From the NCBI GenBank assembly GCA_963743255.1, contig CAVUPD010000009.1, positions 221,827 to 285,826 of the forward strand: 64,000 nucleotides of DNA, written 5' to 3'. Below, in pieces: positions 62,972-64,000 of this stretch. Source of the DNA: an uncultured Chloroflexia bacterium (GTDB lineage Bacteria; Chloroflexota; Anaerolineae; Anaerolineales; E44-bin32). Position 1 is the stretch's first letter; the number at the start of each line of letters is the position of its first letter. The position numbers were made by a program, and so were the translations under genes. The notes under the pieces were generated by a model, which made no database searches, had not been told where the DNA came from, and saw only the letters and a list, made by a program, of their open reading frames with translations.

Positions 62972-64000
62972 GTGGATGCGTTCCACAAGCTCGCCCTGGC
63001 TACCTGCCAGGCAACGCTGGAAGCGGATGGAGAGCCCTCGGCCTTCAGGCCTGCCCCCGCGCCGGATCGCCCGGCGGGACTGACCGCAGGCCAGGTCTCT
63101 CGCCGCTACGGCGCTCACCCTGGATCATGGTTCGCCGATCTGGACGGCTACACCATCCCGCTCCATATGGCCGTCATGCCGGGCGGGCGCCGGCTCCCGC
63201 TGCTCAAGTCGATGCTCACGACGGCTTGCGAGCGCGACTGCCTGTACTGCGGATTCCGCGCCGGATGCGACCCACAGCGCGTCACCTTCCAACCCGACGA
63301 AATGGCACGCCTGTACTTCGGACTGCACCAGCGCGGCGTCGCGCACGGCCTGTTTCTGTCCTCGGGCATCCTCGGGGGCGGAGCACGCGCCCAGGACCGG
63401 CTGCTCGATACCGCTGAGGTGCTGCGTCGCAAACTCGGCTATCGCGGCTACCTGCACCTGAAGATCATGCCCGGCGCCGAACGCGATCAACTTGTTCGCG
63501 CAATGCAGTTGGCCGACCGCGTGTCGATCAATCTGGAGGCGCCTTCAGCCCCGCACCTGCGCCGGTTCGCGCCACACAAGCAGTTCGAATTCGAGCTGCT
63601 GGCGCCGCTCCGCTGGGCCGAAGAAGCACGCCGCGAACTCCCGCCCTCGTCCGCCTGGCGCGGTCGGTGGCCCTCAACCACCACGCAGTTCGTCGTCGGC
63701 CCTGCCGGGGAGAGCGACCTCGACCTGCTGTCGCTCACCGACCGTCTGACCCGGGGGCTGGGACTGGCGCGCGCATACTTCGAAGCCTTCGGACCCCATC
63801 CCGGGACGCCCCTCGAGGCCGTCGCCCCGGAAGACCCGCTGCGCGCCCACCGCCTGGTGCAGGCATCGTTCCTGCTTCGGGATTACGGCTTCGACCTGGA
63901 GGACCTGGCCTTCGATGCCCGAGGCGGGCTGGCGCGGCACGTCGATCCCAAGCTGGCCTACGCGCAGGCGGCGCTGGTGGGATCACCGGTGGAGGTGAAT
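62972..64000 (+). CDS. Putative DNA modification/repair radical SAM protein (runs off window)
   Basis: Manual translation: LKSMLTTACERDCLYC (CxxxCxxC), GLFLSSG, GYLHLKIMPGA, ADRVSINLEAP, TTQFVVG. Confidence 0.88.
   Translation, partial: MDAFHKLALATCQATLEADGEPSAFRPAPAPDRPAGLTAGQVSRRYGAHPGSWFADLDGYTIPLHMAVMPGGRRLPLLKSMLTTACERDCLYCGFRAGCDPQRVTFQPDEMARLYFGLHQRGVAHGLFLSSGILGGGARAQDRLLDTAEVLRRKLGYRGYLHLKIMPGAERDQLVRAMQLADRVSINLEAPSAPHLRRFAPHKQFEFELLAPLRWAEEARRELPPSSAWRGRWPSTTTQFVVGPAGESDLDLLSLTDRLTRGLGLARAYFEAFGPHPGTPLEAVAPEDPLRAHRLVQASFLLRDYGFDLEDLAFDARGGLARHVDPKLAYAQAALVGSPVEVN

Overview
High-GC bacterial chromosomal segment, most likely Chloroflexota (Anaerolineales-like). This is inferred from gene content: an NBR1-Ig lipoprotein, a PDWL-repeat protein, a GlmL-like/DUF6754 cluster, the SCO1664 trio, and GAAC-N4-GTTC SOS boxes. 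About 55 genes are supportable. Roughly 20 single-base frameshifts, including in coaE, rsgA, a PBP and uvrC, look like long-read assembly indels rather than pseudogenes. Main contents: FHA/PP2C signalling genes; coaE-GNAT; maf-PBP-rsgA; rarA-phosphatase-DUF3090-SCO1664-hom; an IclR-controlled sugar(-acid) ABC/eda/kdgK cluster; and uvrC. An accessory block (43.3-47.9 kb) holds co-oriented genes separated by unusual repeat-built elements with attC-like ends. A 7-9 gene uncharacterised membrane/ASKHA-ATPase operon (48.7-58.5 kb) is transcribed divergently from a LexA-boxed nurA-HAS-herA operon. The window ends in a LexA-boxed DNA-repair radical SAM gene. No rRNA, tRNA, CRISPR array, integrase or transposase was seen. 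Best candidates for undescribed biology are the GlmL-like/DUF6754/PDWL operon and the expanded attC-like cassette region.
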